Shown piece by piece: positions 49,395 through 58,870 of a stretch of DNA of 64,000 bases. This DNA is from Candidatus Aenigmatarchaeota archaeon (lineage in GTDB: Archaea > Aenigmatarchaeota > Aenigmatarchaeia > CG10238-14 > SCSR01). The stretch's first letter is position 1; each line of letters opens with the position of its first letter. The stretch covers positions 13,634 to 77,633 of the forward strand of contig JACPJT010000001.1 of NCBI GenBank assembly GCA_016187415.1, read 5' to 3'. The translations under genes were made by a program, and so were the position numbers. The notes under the pieces were generated by a model. The model had not been told where the DNA came from. It was given only the letters and a program-made list of their open reading frames with translations, and did not search any database.

Positions 49395-49446
49395 TTATAA
49401 ATGATACCACGAAGCTTTAAATACTTTACTAAATAGTAGTGAATCT

Positions 49447-50490
49447 ATGGATAATGACAGTTGGCGAGCACAGTTCATGGCTTTGGTAAGCAGATTAGTA
49501 GACGATGGTCTAAAAGACGCAGATCTAAGATTGATTAAAGCAAAAACAGCTCTAAGAGAAAAAATAATAACCGAAGCAAAAGAGGTTTTTCAGACTAAAA
49601 GAGGACCGGAACAAGATGCATATGCAGCACATTTGAAAGATATAAACTATCTATCGCTTTTATTATCGTTAACCGAAAAAGAAACCAAGCCTAGAAGGGA
49701 CGCTGTTAAAGAATCACCACTAACATACGCGTATCTGGAAAGCGTTATGGGCGATATAGTTAAAAAACATGGTTATATTAGTGCAAAATTGGTGGATCCA
49801 GATCCTGAAAGAGCTAGAATAGCTGGCTATTTGCTGTCACGAGGTTCTAAAAGACTAAACTTGGAGAAGGATCCGAAATCAAAACCCAATGACACACATT
49901 TTATACCAATAAAAGAAGTAAGAGTTGGCAAAAGAAGTTTAACATATGATGGTAAAGGAATAGGCGATTTGCTAAGAGAATATTTTGATAAACGTGATAG
50001 AGTCGATGTGACTGATTTCTCTAAAGAGTATGGTTTTCCTGATAATGAGAGCAGGCACGTCATAGCTATGCTAGCTGCAGTACTATACAAGAATCAATAT
50101 CAAGGCGAAGGTTGGGAAAAATCAACATATAAAGGAAAAACGATTTATACAAAAGATCCAATCTTAAATCAGGATAGAGTTAATCAATACGTTACTAAAA
50201 TGGATAAATATGCTGAAAAAGGATCTAGGTTTAAAGCCGATGATATAGACAGTAAACATCCAGAATTGGTTGAGCAACTTCTTCATTCTAAAATACAAGG
50301 GGACGGAACATTTATGGAAAAAGAAAATGTAGGTGAACTTACAATTAGAGGAGCACATGTATATTATTTCAGAGGCACTCCAGGTGAACCACATAAATCA
50401 TTACAACGTTACACCATAGGCCCAGATCTTACAGTTTATACCAGCGGTACTGAACCAAGTAATGATTATAATGATAGGATTGGACGATAA
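49447..50490 (+). CDS. hypothetical protein, divergent from the HTH gene
   Basis: 347-aa AT-rich ORF. Confidence 0.7.
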   Translation: MDNDSWRAQFMALVSRLVDDGLKDADLRLIKAKTALREKIITEAKEVFQTKRGPEQDAYAAHLKDINYLSLLLSLTEKETKPRRDAVKESPLTYAYLESVMGDIVKKHGYISAKLVDPDPERARIAGYLLSRGSKRLNLEKDPKSKPNDTHFIPIKEVRVGKRSLTYDGKGIGDLLREYFDKRDRVDVTDFSKEYGFPDNESRHVIAMLAAVLYKNQYQGEGWEKSTYKGKTIYTKDPILNQDRVNQYVTKMDKYAEKGSRFKADDIDSKHPELVEQLLHSKIQGDGTFMEKENVGELTIRGAHVYYFRGTPGEPHKSLQRYTIGPDLTVYTSGTEPSNDYNDRIGR

Positions 50491-50492
50491 AA

Positions 50493-51206
50493 TTAAACAA
50501 ATCTAGCTAAACCAGGTTTTATCTTATCAGTATCGATTATGACAATATCCCGGTTGACAGGGAATGCCACATTGAATATGGGAACATTATCGACCATCGC
50601 TTGTTTCAATCCCCTGTGAGAATGGCCGTGAATTACAAGGTTCGGTTTCTCCTTCAGGAAGACATTCTCATACGCGAATGAGCCCATCCCGCCATAGAAT
50701 CTCGGATTTTCGCCGACAAGGGTTTTGTATGTCGGCGCATAATGCATTATCACAATTTTATAATGCGTCAGCATTCTGTGAAGATGCTTCTCAACGGCTT
50801 CCAATCTTTCCTGATATACCTTTTCTATATTCGGTATGTGTATTTTCTGCCAGTTCGTCGGTATATCCAGACTGCCGATGGTGCCAACAATGCCCACCGA
50901 CATGACATTGTATTTTATTATCATGCTCTCATTGTCCAGGAACTTGATGTCTTTCATTTTCTGTTTTATTTCATCCCTGATGTCGGGGATGAATTCGTTG
51001 TTGCCGAAGCATGCAACTATGGGGCACGACACCTTCCCGAATAGTGTGTTGTAGACGCGCTCATATTCTTCAGCAGACGATCCCCTTTCAATCATGTCCC
51101 CGGCCAGTATGAAGAGGTCGGGCTTGACTTGCATGTTGTCGATTGCTATGACAAAATCCTCGTAGAATTTTGGTGAGTGCACGTCGCTTGTTGCGGCTAT
51201 AAGCAT
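50493..51206 (-). CDS. calcineurin-like metallophosphoesterase
   Basis: SDVH, LAGD, FGNNE, MHYAP, HGHSH. Confidence 0.92.
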   Translation of the reverse strand: MLIAATSDVHSPKFYEDFVIAIDNMQVKPDLFILAGDMIERGSSAEEYERVYNTLFGKVSCPIVACFGNNEFIPDIRDEIKQKMKDIKFLDNESMIIKYNVMSVGIVGTIGSLDIPTNWQKIHIPNIEKVYQERLEAVEKHLHRMLTHYKIVIMHYAPTYKTLVGENPRFYGGMGSFAYENVFLKEKPNLVIHGHSHRGLKQAMVDNVPIFNVAFPVNRDIVIIDTDKIKPGLARFV

Positions 51207-51266
51207 TTTCTCTACTAAAAGATAGTACCTTTAAAAACTTATCCTTTAATAATGGAATGATATTTT

Positions 51267-51530
51267 ATGGAAGACGAACCGGAAGCAGAGCGATCTGAAA
51301 AGAGCAAGGACATCAAGCTTGGCGAGTTCAAGCTTCGGGACACTGCAGTGCTTGTGATAAAAAAGACCACCTACAACGGTGAGGATAGGATAGATTTCAG
51401 GGTGTGGATGAATTCGTCAAAATACAAAGGTCCGACTAAACAGGGGTTCGTATTGACGATGGATAAGATAGACGATTTCGTGAAAGTGATAAACAATATG
51501 AAAAAGAAACTTTCCGATGCTGGAAAATAA
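51267..51530 (+). CDS. PC4/YdbC-like ssDNA-binding protein
   Basis: YNGEDRIDFRVW...GPTKQGFVL. Confidence 0.75.
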   Translation: MEDEPEAERSEKSKDIKLGEFKLRDTAVLVIKKTTYNGEDRIDFRVWMNSSKYKGPTKQGFVLTMDKIDDFVKVINNMKKKLSDAGK

Positions 51531-51557
51531 TAAATTATCGATTCTAAAGGTTTCATT

Positions 51558-53105
51558 ATGCCAAAGTGGAAAAGTTTCAAGCACAACGGTGTTTATTTCC
51601 CTCCCGAATACCAGTGGAAAAAACTGTGGGTGAAAATAAAGGGGGAGAAATTCGACCTTGACCAGAAGCAGGAAGAGATGCTATATGCATGGGCAAAGAA
51701 AATTAACACTCCTTACGTAAAGGATAATGTATTCAAACAGAATTTCTTTTCAGACCTGAAAAAGGTATTACCAGAAAAATTCTCCAGTATCGCAATGGAT
51801 GACATTGATATATCAAAAATAGTTGAATTTCAGGAAAATGAAAAAAACCTGACAAAAGAAGAGAAGAAAGTTCTCGCGGCAGAAAGGAAAAAAATCAAGG
51901 AATCTCTGAAGGAGAAATACGGCTATGTTGACATTGACGGAAAGAAGTCTGAAGTCGCGAACTGGATGGTCGAACCACCCGGCATATTCCTCGGCCGTGG
52001 ACAGCATCCTTTAAGAGGAAAATGGAAACCGAGGATATTTCCGGAAGATGTTACTCTTAATCTGGATAAAGATGCTCCTGCGCCATCTGGCAACTGGAAG
52101 ATTATTCACGACAATGATTCCATGTGGGTGGCGTCATGGGAGGACAAACTCGCCGACAAAATGAAATACGTATGGCCGAGCGAAGGATCCCAGCTCAGGC
52201 AGAAACGGGAAAAGGAAAAGTACGACAAGGCCATGTCAATAGACGATAAAATAGATGTGATAAGGGAGCATGTGCATGAGGGAATGATATCCGGGGATGA
52301 GAAGACAAGGCAGGTGGCCACTGCAAGCTATCTTATTGACAGGCTGGTGATGAGGGTGGGCGATGAAAAGGACGAGGACGAAGCCGATACGGTCGGCGCT
52401 TCAACATTGCGTGTCGAGCATGTCAAATTCACTCCAGAAAACATAGAATTTGATTTTCTCGGCAAGGACAGCGTAAGGTGGGAGAAAAAGATTAGAATTT
52501 CGGAAGCGGATCCGGCATTCGTCAAGAACATGAGAGAGTTCACGCAAAACAAAAACAAAACGGATCTTGTTTTTAATGGTATTGATTCAAGGCATGTGAA
52601 TGATTTTCTGGGAAAATGCTCCAAAGGGCTTACGGCAAAGGTGTTCAGAACATATCATGCCACGAAAACGCTTGTCTCATACTTGAAGAATGTGAAGGTG
52701 CAGCCGCAAGACGGATTTTCAAATCTTTATCAGGCGAAACTAGCGAATCTCCAGGTTGCGCTGGCATGCAACCACAAGAAGACGCCGCCCAAAACATGGG
52801 ATGAAACGTTCGCAAGGAAGCAGGCGAAACTCACAAAGTGGATGAATACAAAACCGAAAACCGAAAAACAAACCGAGAAATTAAAAGAGAGGATAGAGAA
52901 ACTGAAGCTCGATATAGAGCTTTCGAAAAAGACAAAAGAATACAATCTCGGCACATCCCTGAAGAATTACATTGATCCGCGAGTTTACAAATCGTGGTTG
53001 GATAAGGCTGGCGTAGACTGGACTAAATTGTATACCGTAGCATTGCAGAAGAAATTTTCATGGATAGAACATGCAAAAGTTAAATGGGAAGAAACAGCCA
53101 AGTAG
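51558..53105 (+). CDS. top1: DNA topoisomerase IB, eukaryote-like long form
   Basis: KWKSFKHNGVYFPPEY, EPPGIFLGRGQHP, MRVGDEK, FDFLGKDS, AKVFRTY, ACNH, GTSLKNYIDPR (catalytic Tyr). Confidence 0.95.
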   Translation: MPKWKSFKHNGVYFPPEYQWKKLWVKIKGEKFDLDQKQEEMLYAWAKKINTPYVKDNVFKQNFFSDLKKVLPEKFSSIAMDDIDISKIVEFQENEKNLTKEEKKVLAAERKKIKESLKEKYGYVDIDGKKSEVANWMVEPPGIFLGRGQHPLRGKWKPRIFPEDVTLNLDKDAPAPSGNWKIIHDNDSMWVASWEDKLADKMKYVWPSEGSQLRQKREKEKYDKAMSIDDKIDVIREHVHEGMISGDEKTRQVATASYLIDRLVMRVGDEKDEDEADTVGASTLRVEHVKFTPENIEFDFLGKDSVRWEKKIRISEADPAFVKNMREFTQNKNKTDLVFNGIDSRHVNDFLGKCSKGLTAKVFRTYHATKTLVSYLKNVKVQPQDGFSNLYQAKLANLQVALACNHKKTPPKTWDETFARKQAKLTKWMNTKPKTEKQTEKLKERIEKLKLDIELSKKTKEYNLGTSLKNYIDPRVYKSWLDKAGVDWTKLYTVALQKKFSWIEHAKVKWEETAK

Positions 53106-53106
53106 A

Positions 53107-53177
53107 TGGACCAGAGGGGAATCGAACCCCTATCTCAACCTTGCGGAGGTCGTGTTATGCCGTTAGACTACTGGCCC
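53107..53177 (-). tRNA. tRNA-Ala(CGC)
   Basis: GGGCCAG/CTGGTCC with G3:U70; CGACC-TCCGCAA-GGTTG; GTTCGA. Confidence 0.9.
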
Positions 53178-53453
53178 AACATAAAAATACTTTTGTATCA
53201 AAGCTCTTATTTCGTGCGAAAATCTCGGATTCAAACTAATCTCTAAACCATAGCTTGTGGGCTTTGACAATATGAGTCCCCTCCTAATTAATTCTCTAGT
53301 TAATTTGTCGACTCTTTTAGAACCTTCTTTACCCAAATCTCTGATGTTCCATCCTTTCTTTAAATTATCCACAGACGTATGAGCCCCACCCCATTTACCT
53401 CTTTTATCTAACTTTAAAAGAATTCTAATTTCAACTTCATCGTCAGAAAACAT
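53163..53453 (-). CDS. small hypothetical protein (possible winged helix)
   Basis: 96 aa; RGLILSKPTSYGLEISLNP; 3' end overlaps tRNA-Ala. Confidence 0.6.
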   Translation of the reverse strand: MFSDDEVEIRILLKLDKRGKWGGAHTSVDNLKKGWNIRDLGKEGSKRVDKLTRELIRRGLILSKPTSYGLEISLNPRFSHEIRALIQKYFYVGPVV

Positions 53454-53513
53454 AAGTACACTTATGATACTTCGTAAGTAACGCTTAAATACTTTATCTA
53501 TTTATGTATTATT

Positions 53514-53852
53514 ATGAAAGACGATCCAACATTGCTTGTAGAGTTTTTAGGCAACAACCCAACAATTAGAATTATAGACTTTTTCCTAGATAACAGAACA
53601 GACTATTCAAAAAATGAAATAGTGCAGGGAACTGGAATGTCAAAGACAACTTTTTACAAAGTCTGGAGCAAATTGGAAAGATTCAAAGTTGCGATACCGA
53701 CAAGAAGATACGGGAAGGCCCAATTGTTTAAAATCAACACTGAGAACGAACTTGTTAAAAAACTAATAGCCATTGATTTCACTTTAGGAATCCAAGCTAT
53801 GAATCAAGCACTAACTAAAGTTCCAGTCAAAGTAACTTCAAAACATAAGTAA
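53514..53852 (+). CDS. winged-helix transcriptional regulator
   Basis: IRIIDFFLDN..DYSKNEIVQGTGMSKTTFYKVW. Confidence 0.8.
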   Translation: MKDDPTLLVEFLGNNPTIRIIDFFLDNRTDYSKNEIVQGTGMSKTTFYKVWSKLERFKVAIPTRRYGKAQLFKINTENELVKKLIAIDFTLGIQAMNQALTKVPVKVTSKHK

Positions 53853-53911
53853 TACTCTCACTGGTCCTCAATTAAAACTTAAGTAATTCTAACTAATTAA
53901 TAAACCTGTAT

Positions 53912-53999
53912 GGGCGCGTAGCTTAGCCTGGTGGAGCAATCAAATTGGCTCATTCGACTGATACTCGATAGGCCGAGAGTTCAAATCTCTCCGTGCCCA
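53912..53999 (+). tRNA. tRNA-Ile(GAT) with 14-nt intron at 27/28 (53940..53953)
   Basis: GAGC/GCTC helix with AAT and ATT bulges; spliced arm ATCGA-CTGATAC-TCGAT. Confidence 0.9.
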
Positions 54000-54042
54000 C
54001 TATTTATTTAAATCGGACGCACAAATACAATTTAGTGGATAT

Positions 54043-54342
54043 ATGTCAAAACACGTTCTGACCAAGATTGGCGTATTGTCTTTTGCAAAAATAAGCGGAA
54101 TCTTGTACGCTATTATGGGCCTGATTGCCGGGCTGTTTTACGGATTATTTTTTTCAGCATGGGGAATGATGATGGCGTTTTATTCGGTTCGAATGTTTCC
54201 AACGCTCTTCTTATGGCTAGTGATGATAATAATTCTGCCCGTGTTTTACGGGGTGTTCGGATTTTTATGCGGCGCCTTGATGGCATGGCTGTATAATATT
54301 ATTGCCGGCTGGGTCGGCGGCATCGAATATAATACCAAATAA
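54043..54342 (+). CDS. small membrane protein (DUF3566-like)
   Basis: KIGVLSFAK...AWLYNIIAGWVGGIE. Confidence 0.75.
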   Translation: MSKHVLTKIGVLSFAKISGILYAIMGLIAGLFYGLFFSAWGMMMAFYSVRMFPTLFLWLVMIIILPVFYGVFGFLCGALMAWLYNIIAGWVGGIEYNTK

Positions 54343-54359
54343 GTTCTATCTGTTTTTGT

Positions 54360-55445
54360 ATGAATGCAAGAATAAAAAATATTTTCGCAAATGCGAATGG
54401 TTCTGCAGATGCGTTCATTGTTACCAACGGTCAGTATCCAAATGTAGATTTGAATTTTTTCTACGCGAGCGGAATAAAATCCGGAACGTTTGAAGGTTGT
54501 TATGTTGTTGGGAAGAACAACGGCAAAGGATATTTGCTGACATCGGAATTGGAGGAGACCATAGCCCGCAAGGAAACAGATCTCGAAATACTTGTTTTCA
54601 AATCAAAGGAGGACAGAGAATCGCAGTTGAAGGAACTTTTGTCGAATGTTAATAATCTGGGAATAAATTCCAGCAGTCTACCATTCAAGCAATATTCGGA
54701 CATATCCAAACTCACAAAGGCAAAATTGACAGATGTGTCAGAAGCCTTTTCAAAAACACGCTCGATAAAGGACAATGAAGAAATCAAGGATCTGTCCAAA
54801 GCATGCGAGATATCCGCTAGAGCAGGGGAGGAGTTGGTCAATCATATAAAATCGAACATCACAGAAAGGGAACTGTCTAGGAAACTGGTTGAACTTCAAT
54901 TTTCTAATGACGCAACCAACCTCGCCTTTCCGCCTATAGTCGCGTTCGGCGAGAATTCCGCGGCGCCGCATCATCTACCTACGGACAGAAAACTGGGTAG
55001 GAACGAATTCATCTTAATAGACTTTGGGGCGGAGTTCAACAGGTACGCATCTGACACGACAAGGACTTTTGTATTCGGCAAGGCAGACAAAAGGATGAAA
55101 GAAATTTACGATACCGTTCTTGATGCGCAACTTGGTGCCATAAACATGGTAAAGGAAGGGTCCAACGGGAAGTACATAGACAAATTCGCCCGTGCCAAGA
55201 TAGACAAGAAGTTCAAAGGCAGATTCATTCATTCACTTGGTCACGAAGTCGGTTTGTCGGTTCATGACGGCAACAGGTTGGGTTCGCAGGTGGATTTCAT
55301 CCTTAAGAAGAACATGGTAGTTACGGTGGAGCCTGGGGTATACATTCCTTCTGTAGGCGGGGTAAGAATAGAGGATACAGTTCTTGTTACAAAAAATAAA
55401 CCGAAGATTTTGACCGATTCAATCAAAGAACTGATTCAGATTTAA
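54360..55445 (+). CDS. Xaa-Pro peptidase, M24 family
   Basis: LIDFGA...SDTTRT, HSLGHEVGLSVHD, TVEPGVY, GVRIED. Confidence 0.93.
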   Translation: MNARIKNIFANANGSADAFIVTNGQYPNVDLNFFYASGIKSGTFEGCYVVGKNNGKGYLLTSELEETIARKETDLEILVFKSKEDRESQLKELLSNVNNLGINSSSLPFKQYSDISKLTKAKLTDVSEAFSKTRSIKDNEEIKDLSKACEISARAGEELVNHIKSNITERELSRKLVELQFSNDATNLAFPPIVAFGENSAAPHHLPTDRKLGRNEFILIDFGAEFNRYASDTTRTFVFGKADKRMKEIYDTVLDAQLGAINMVKEGSNGKYIDKFARAKIDKKFKGRFIHSLGHEVGLSVHDGNRLGSQVDFILKKNMVVTVEPGVYIPSVGGVRIEDTVLVTKNKPKILTDSIKELIQI

Positions 55446-55469
55446 ATAACTAGCCTCCGTCTACCTATT

Positions 55470-55832
55470 ATGGAATTGACATACGAACAATTGGGTTATG
55501 TTAAACGTCTGATATCTGCGGGTGTGGTAATTGACGAAGCGTTGAAAGAATTTCCCGAAGCGGAGATCGCTATTATAAGAGGATATGACGAGTTCCCGAA
55601 TCAACCTTACGTTAAAGGCGCCTATTTCAGCAGGTCAAAGGCTGCCGATGCCGCGAAAAAGATACCCAGAAACGGTGACGGTGATTTGTCAGATACTTAT
55701 CTTATTATTGCATCAACGGTGTCAAACCTTCGCGGGGGAGTTATAATGGACAGTCGGACAGAAAAGTTGCTTGACGATATAGACATCGCATTGGTTCACT
55801 GTTATTTATCAGCTCAACTGGATGCAACATAG
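55470..55832 (+). CDS. hypothetical protein
   Basis: 120-aa ORF with upstream TTTAAATA. Confidence 0.65.
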   Translation: MELTYEQLGYVKRLISAGVVIDEALKEFPEAEIAIIRGYDEFPNQPYVKGAYFSRSKAADAAKKIPRNGDGDLSDTYLIIASTVSNLRGGVIMDSRTEKLLDDIDIALVHCYLSAQLDAT

Positions 55833-55869
55833 AAAACTTTTAAATCAAGAAATGAACTATCTTTTTGAG

Positions 55870-55996
55870 GCTCCCTTCGTCTAGCCCGGTCAACCCGTGC
55901 CGAAAGGACTACAGACTTTCGATTGACTTCGAAAGATTTGACATCTGAGATGAAAGAAGAACTCTGTGGACTGGGGTTCAAATCCCCAAGGGAGCA
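55870..55996 (+). tRNA. tRNA-Glu(TTC) with two introns (D-loop 55893..55904; 37/38 55922..55961)
   Basis: GCTCCCT/AGGGAGC acceptor; CGGT/GCCG helix with CAA/AAA bulges; CTTT/GAAG helix at the anticodon; spliced arm ACAGA-CTTTCGC-TCTGT. Confidence 0.85.
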
Positions 55997-56006
55997 TACG
56001 ACCTTT

Positions 56007-56050
56007 GGGATATATATAGAGCCCGAGAAAGTTCCGCTCCCAGAAAGTTC
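56007..56050 (+). repeat. putative left terminal inverted repeat of the casposon, with two internal CCC(G)AGAAAGTTC repeats
   Basis: GGGATATATATAGAGCCCGAGAAAGTTCCGCTCCCAGAAAGTTC resembles the GGGGATATATAT-type end I recall for the Aciduliprofundum casposon; partner end not in window. Confidence 0.65.
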
Positions 56051-56063
56051 ATAAAAAATCCAT

Positions 56064-57170
56064 CTAGAGTACATTGGGGAAACGTGATTTTAGATAGTTT
56101 TTGACTGTCCATAAAAATGGTATTAAGAAAATAAAATCAAAAAGGGTAAAAGTTAATGGTCTTGAAGGCGGTAAAAGAGAAACTGTAAATTCTGCAATAA
56201 CGGTTGGTGTTAAAGCTATTATATACATGTCGTAAAGAGTTTTCCGAAAACCATATTCACGATAGTGTTCAAGAGAACCATATTTTCCGATTACACCCAG
56301 TATTAGAATAATTGCTAAGAAGAAAAGAAACTCTGAAGGGAATAGCGTTCGGTGAAAGTTTATTTTCACACTTTCAGTTAAATTGCCCCCCGCATCAAAT
56401 TTGCAGTTTTTAATTGGTACTACAATACCATTAGGCAGTGTTTGGTATAGAGAAAAGGAAATTCCATAAAACTCATTATTTCGAAGACCAACGTCGGCAG
56501 TTATCAATTGATGGTCAAATTGAATTGGTGTAGGTTTTGCAGTAAAGACAAATCCCTTGTAATGTGAATAACCAGATGGGGTTTGACATAGAATTTCACC
56601 ACTTGGAGTCTTTGCTATAGCTTCAACATTTTGTTTTATATCAGTTTCGGGAAAGATATAATGCCCGATTATTATGATGTTATTTGTTATGCTTTTTGAT
56701 TCATCGAATGGGTAATAAGCGTCGAATGGATAAAGATATTTAGAACGTAGTTCTCCAACATTCTGTACAGAAAACTTTACAGTGACATTTGAATCATTTT
56801 CAGATAACTTTATTTCATGTGAGAATATATACAACTGTTTATCGTTTTTCTTTAAATCAGAGACGTCAGGTCTTTCCTCAAGATATGTTTGATTACCATT
56901 TTCGATAATTTTAAGTTGCCAAACACGAAAAATAGTTTCACTTGTGTAATTAATTCTGATTGTTGCATTTTTACCTGTAATTTGCAATTCTTTTGAACTA
57001 GAGTCAAAATTCACATTTGTGTTTTCTAATATCCTAACAACATTGTCTGAGTTGTCTAAATGTTCATATGTTACATCAAATTTATTTCGATTAAATTGAA
57101 CTAAATTTAATAATGCGTATAGTAAAATTACCAAACCAATTGCTATAAGAATTATTTTATTCCATTTCAT
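56064..57170 (-). CDS. membrane protein with large extracellular beta-rich domain (casposon cargo)
   Basis: N-terminal TM, several N-x-S/T sequons, three C-terminal TMs. Confidence 0.7.
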   Translation of the reverse strand: MKWNKIILIAIGLVILLYALLNLVQFNRNKFDVTYEHLDNSDNVVRILENTNVNFDSSSKELQITGKNATIRINYTSETIFRVWQLKIIENGNQTYLEERPDVSDLKKNDKQLYIFSHEIKLSENDSNVTVKFSVQNVGELRSKYLYPFDAYYPFDESKSITNNIIIIGHYIFPETDIKQNVEAIAKTPSGEILCQTPSGYSHYKGFVFTAKPTPIQFDHQLITADVGLRNNEFYGISFSLYQTLPNGIVVPIKNCKFDAGGNLTESVKINFHRTLFPSEFLFFLAIILILGVIGKYGSLEHYREYGFRKTLYDMYIIALTPTVIAEFTVSLLPPSRPLTFTLFDFIFLIPFLWTVKNYLKSRFPNVL

Positions 57171-57239
57171 AATGAAACAGTTAGTGAACTATTTATTTAT
57201 CCTCCACCATATTTCTATCATTCTTGAGGTGATAGAAAC

Positions 57240-58386
57240 GTGGTAGATATGGACTTAAATAATAATTTGAATATCTCAAATAAATTCCTCTTTCTTGACG
57301 GCTATGGGATAGATGTTAGAGTAGATGATGGTAAATTGGTCGTAAAAGACGGCAATGGTTCAAAGCAAACATTCTTTCCTAAGAGATTCCCTTTCAATAA
57401 CGTGATTGTTTATGGAACGAGAGGTTCGATAAGCTTCGAACGGCAAACTCTTGACCAGTATACTTCCACAAGAAGCCAAGCAAACTGAGTTGAAATTCAG
57501 ACAATATGAAACATATAAGTCCGAAAGGCGAGTCGAGATAGCTAGAAAGTTCATTGAAGCAAAGATTCAGAGGACGAAAGATGTTCTTGATTGGTTGAAT
57601 CAAAGATATCCAGAGATTGACACTAATTTCAAATCCGACCTATCAAAAGCACAAACTATCCCAGAAATAATGAATGTTGAGGGTAGAGTTGCTGAATTCT
57701 ATTGGAGACAATTGCATAAACTTCTGAGTAAAAAGTTTGAATTCGAGAATAGAAAGATTGGTAAGACTGAAAGACCTATGGGTGCTGTAGACCCGATAAA
57801 TTGTCTGCTTAATTATGGATACTCTTTGCTTGAGAGTGAATGCAGAAGAGCAATAAATTCTGTCGGACTGGATACACATGTTGGATTTCTACATGAGGTA
57901 AATTTAGGCAAAGAACCTTTGGTGTACGACTTACAAGAGCCTTTCAGATGGTTGATTGACTTGGCTGTAATCAACGCTTTAGAGAATAAGATTTTCGACA
58001 AGAAGGATTTCATAAGGACTGAGAATTTCAATCTCAAGCTGAAAAACAGTGGTGCTAAGAAGCTGGTTAAGGAAGTTGAAAACCAGTTGAACAAGACTGC
58101 CTTTTATCAAAGCATGGAATACAGATGGTTCAACATCATTTTATTCAAGGCAAGGGAATTAGGGCAACATCTGCTAGGCAAGAGGAAAATTATTGATTTT
58201 GGTGTGACAGTAGCAAATCTGGAAAGAATGGATAACCATGAATTAAGAGAGAAAATTCTGGAGTTATCGAATTCTAAGGCTAGAAAATTAGGAATATGTA
58301 AAAGTGAGTTGTGGTATTTGAAGCGAAAAGCAAACTCTGAGAAACCATTTAAGATTTATAATAGAATTAAAGAAAGGTTAATATGA
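57240..58386 (+). pseudogene. cas1: casposase Cas1-solo with C-terminal HTH; frameshifting deletion at ~57440
   Basis: LDGYGIDVRVD, GSISFE | NGKLLTSILP, NVEGRVAEFYW, NCLLNYGYSLLE, GFLHE, LVYDLQEPFRW, ARKLGICKSELWY. Confidence 0.9.
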
Positions 58387-58389
58387 TTA

Positions 58390-58833
58390 TTACTCTGGTT
58401 GTGTAAAGAAAGTATCATGAATTATTTTATCTAGTTCTTTTACAATTTCTACTCCATTTAAGCAAATTTGCTTTATTTCATCATCAGAAGGCTCTGCACT
58501 TTCGTAGATATTTATATGACCTAATTTATCATTTCTGTCAGAATTAAATCTGAGAATTTCTTCTTCAAAATCTTTTTTAATTATCCCTAATATGAATAAA
58601 TCTTTCGCAAGTGGAGCAAAATATTTTTTATTTACGATATTCCATTTTTCTGGGTGGTTTCCTAATGGCTGGTCGTTTTCGTCCTTATTGAATTTGTATC
58701 TCAAAATAATTTTCATTTGGTGATGAATTCCAGCGTGTATGGTGGCAAAAGCTTTCCATATATTTTGCTTCAACAAATTATCAAAATAATCTAGAGATAA
58801 TTTGTTTCCATTGTAAAGCAATCTATCTTCCAT
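58390..58833 (-). CDS. putative HEPN-like protein
   Basis: All-helical with FNSDRNDKLGH (RN-x4-H). Confidence 0.5.
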   Translation of the reverse strand: MEDRLLYNGNKLSLDYFDNLLKQNIWKAFATIHAGIHHQMKIILRYKFNKDENDQPLGNHPEKWNIVNKKYFAPLAKDLFILGIIKKDFEEEILRFNSDRNDKLGHINIYESAEPSDDEIKQICLNGVEIVKELDKIIHDTFFTQPE

Positions 58834-58870
58834 TATTTTAATTAGTCTAGGTATTTAAAAATTAGAATGT

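Noticed and set aside
53135-53150. C33 instead of U33 in tRNA-Ala(CGC) as a sign of pseudogenisation or recoding
   Set aside because: All other tRNA features including G3:U70 are intact; a single deviation is insufficient evidence.
55814-56074. 86-aa minus-strand ORF
   Set aside because: Overlaps tRNA-Glu and the casposon terminus.
57430-57460. Programmed frameshift or micro-intron explaining split cas1 (and split pyrG)
   Set aside because: Sequence is missing rather than inserted, and there is no slippery site or BHB fold at the junctions.
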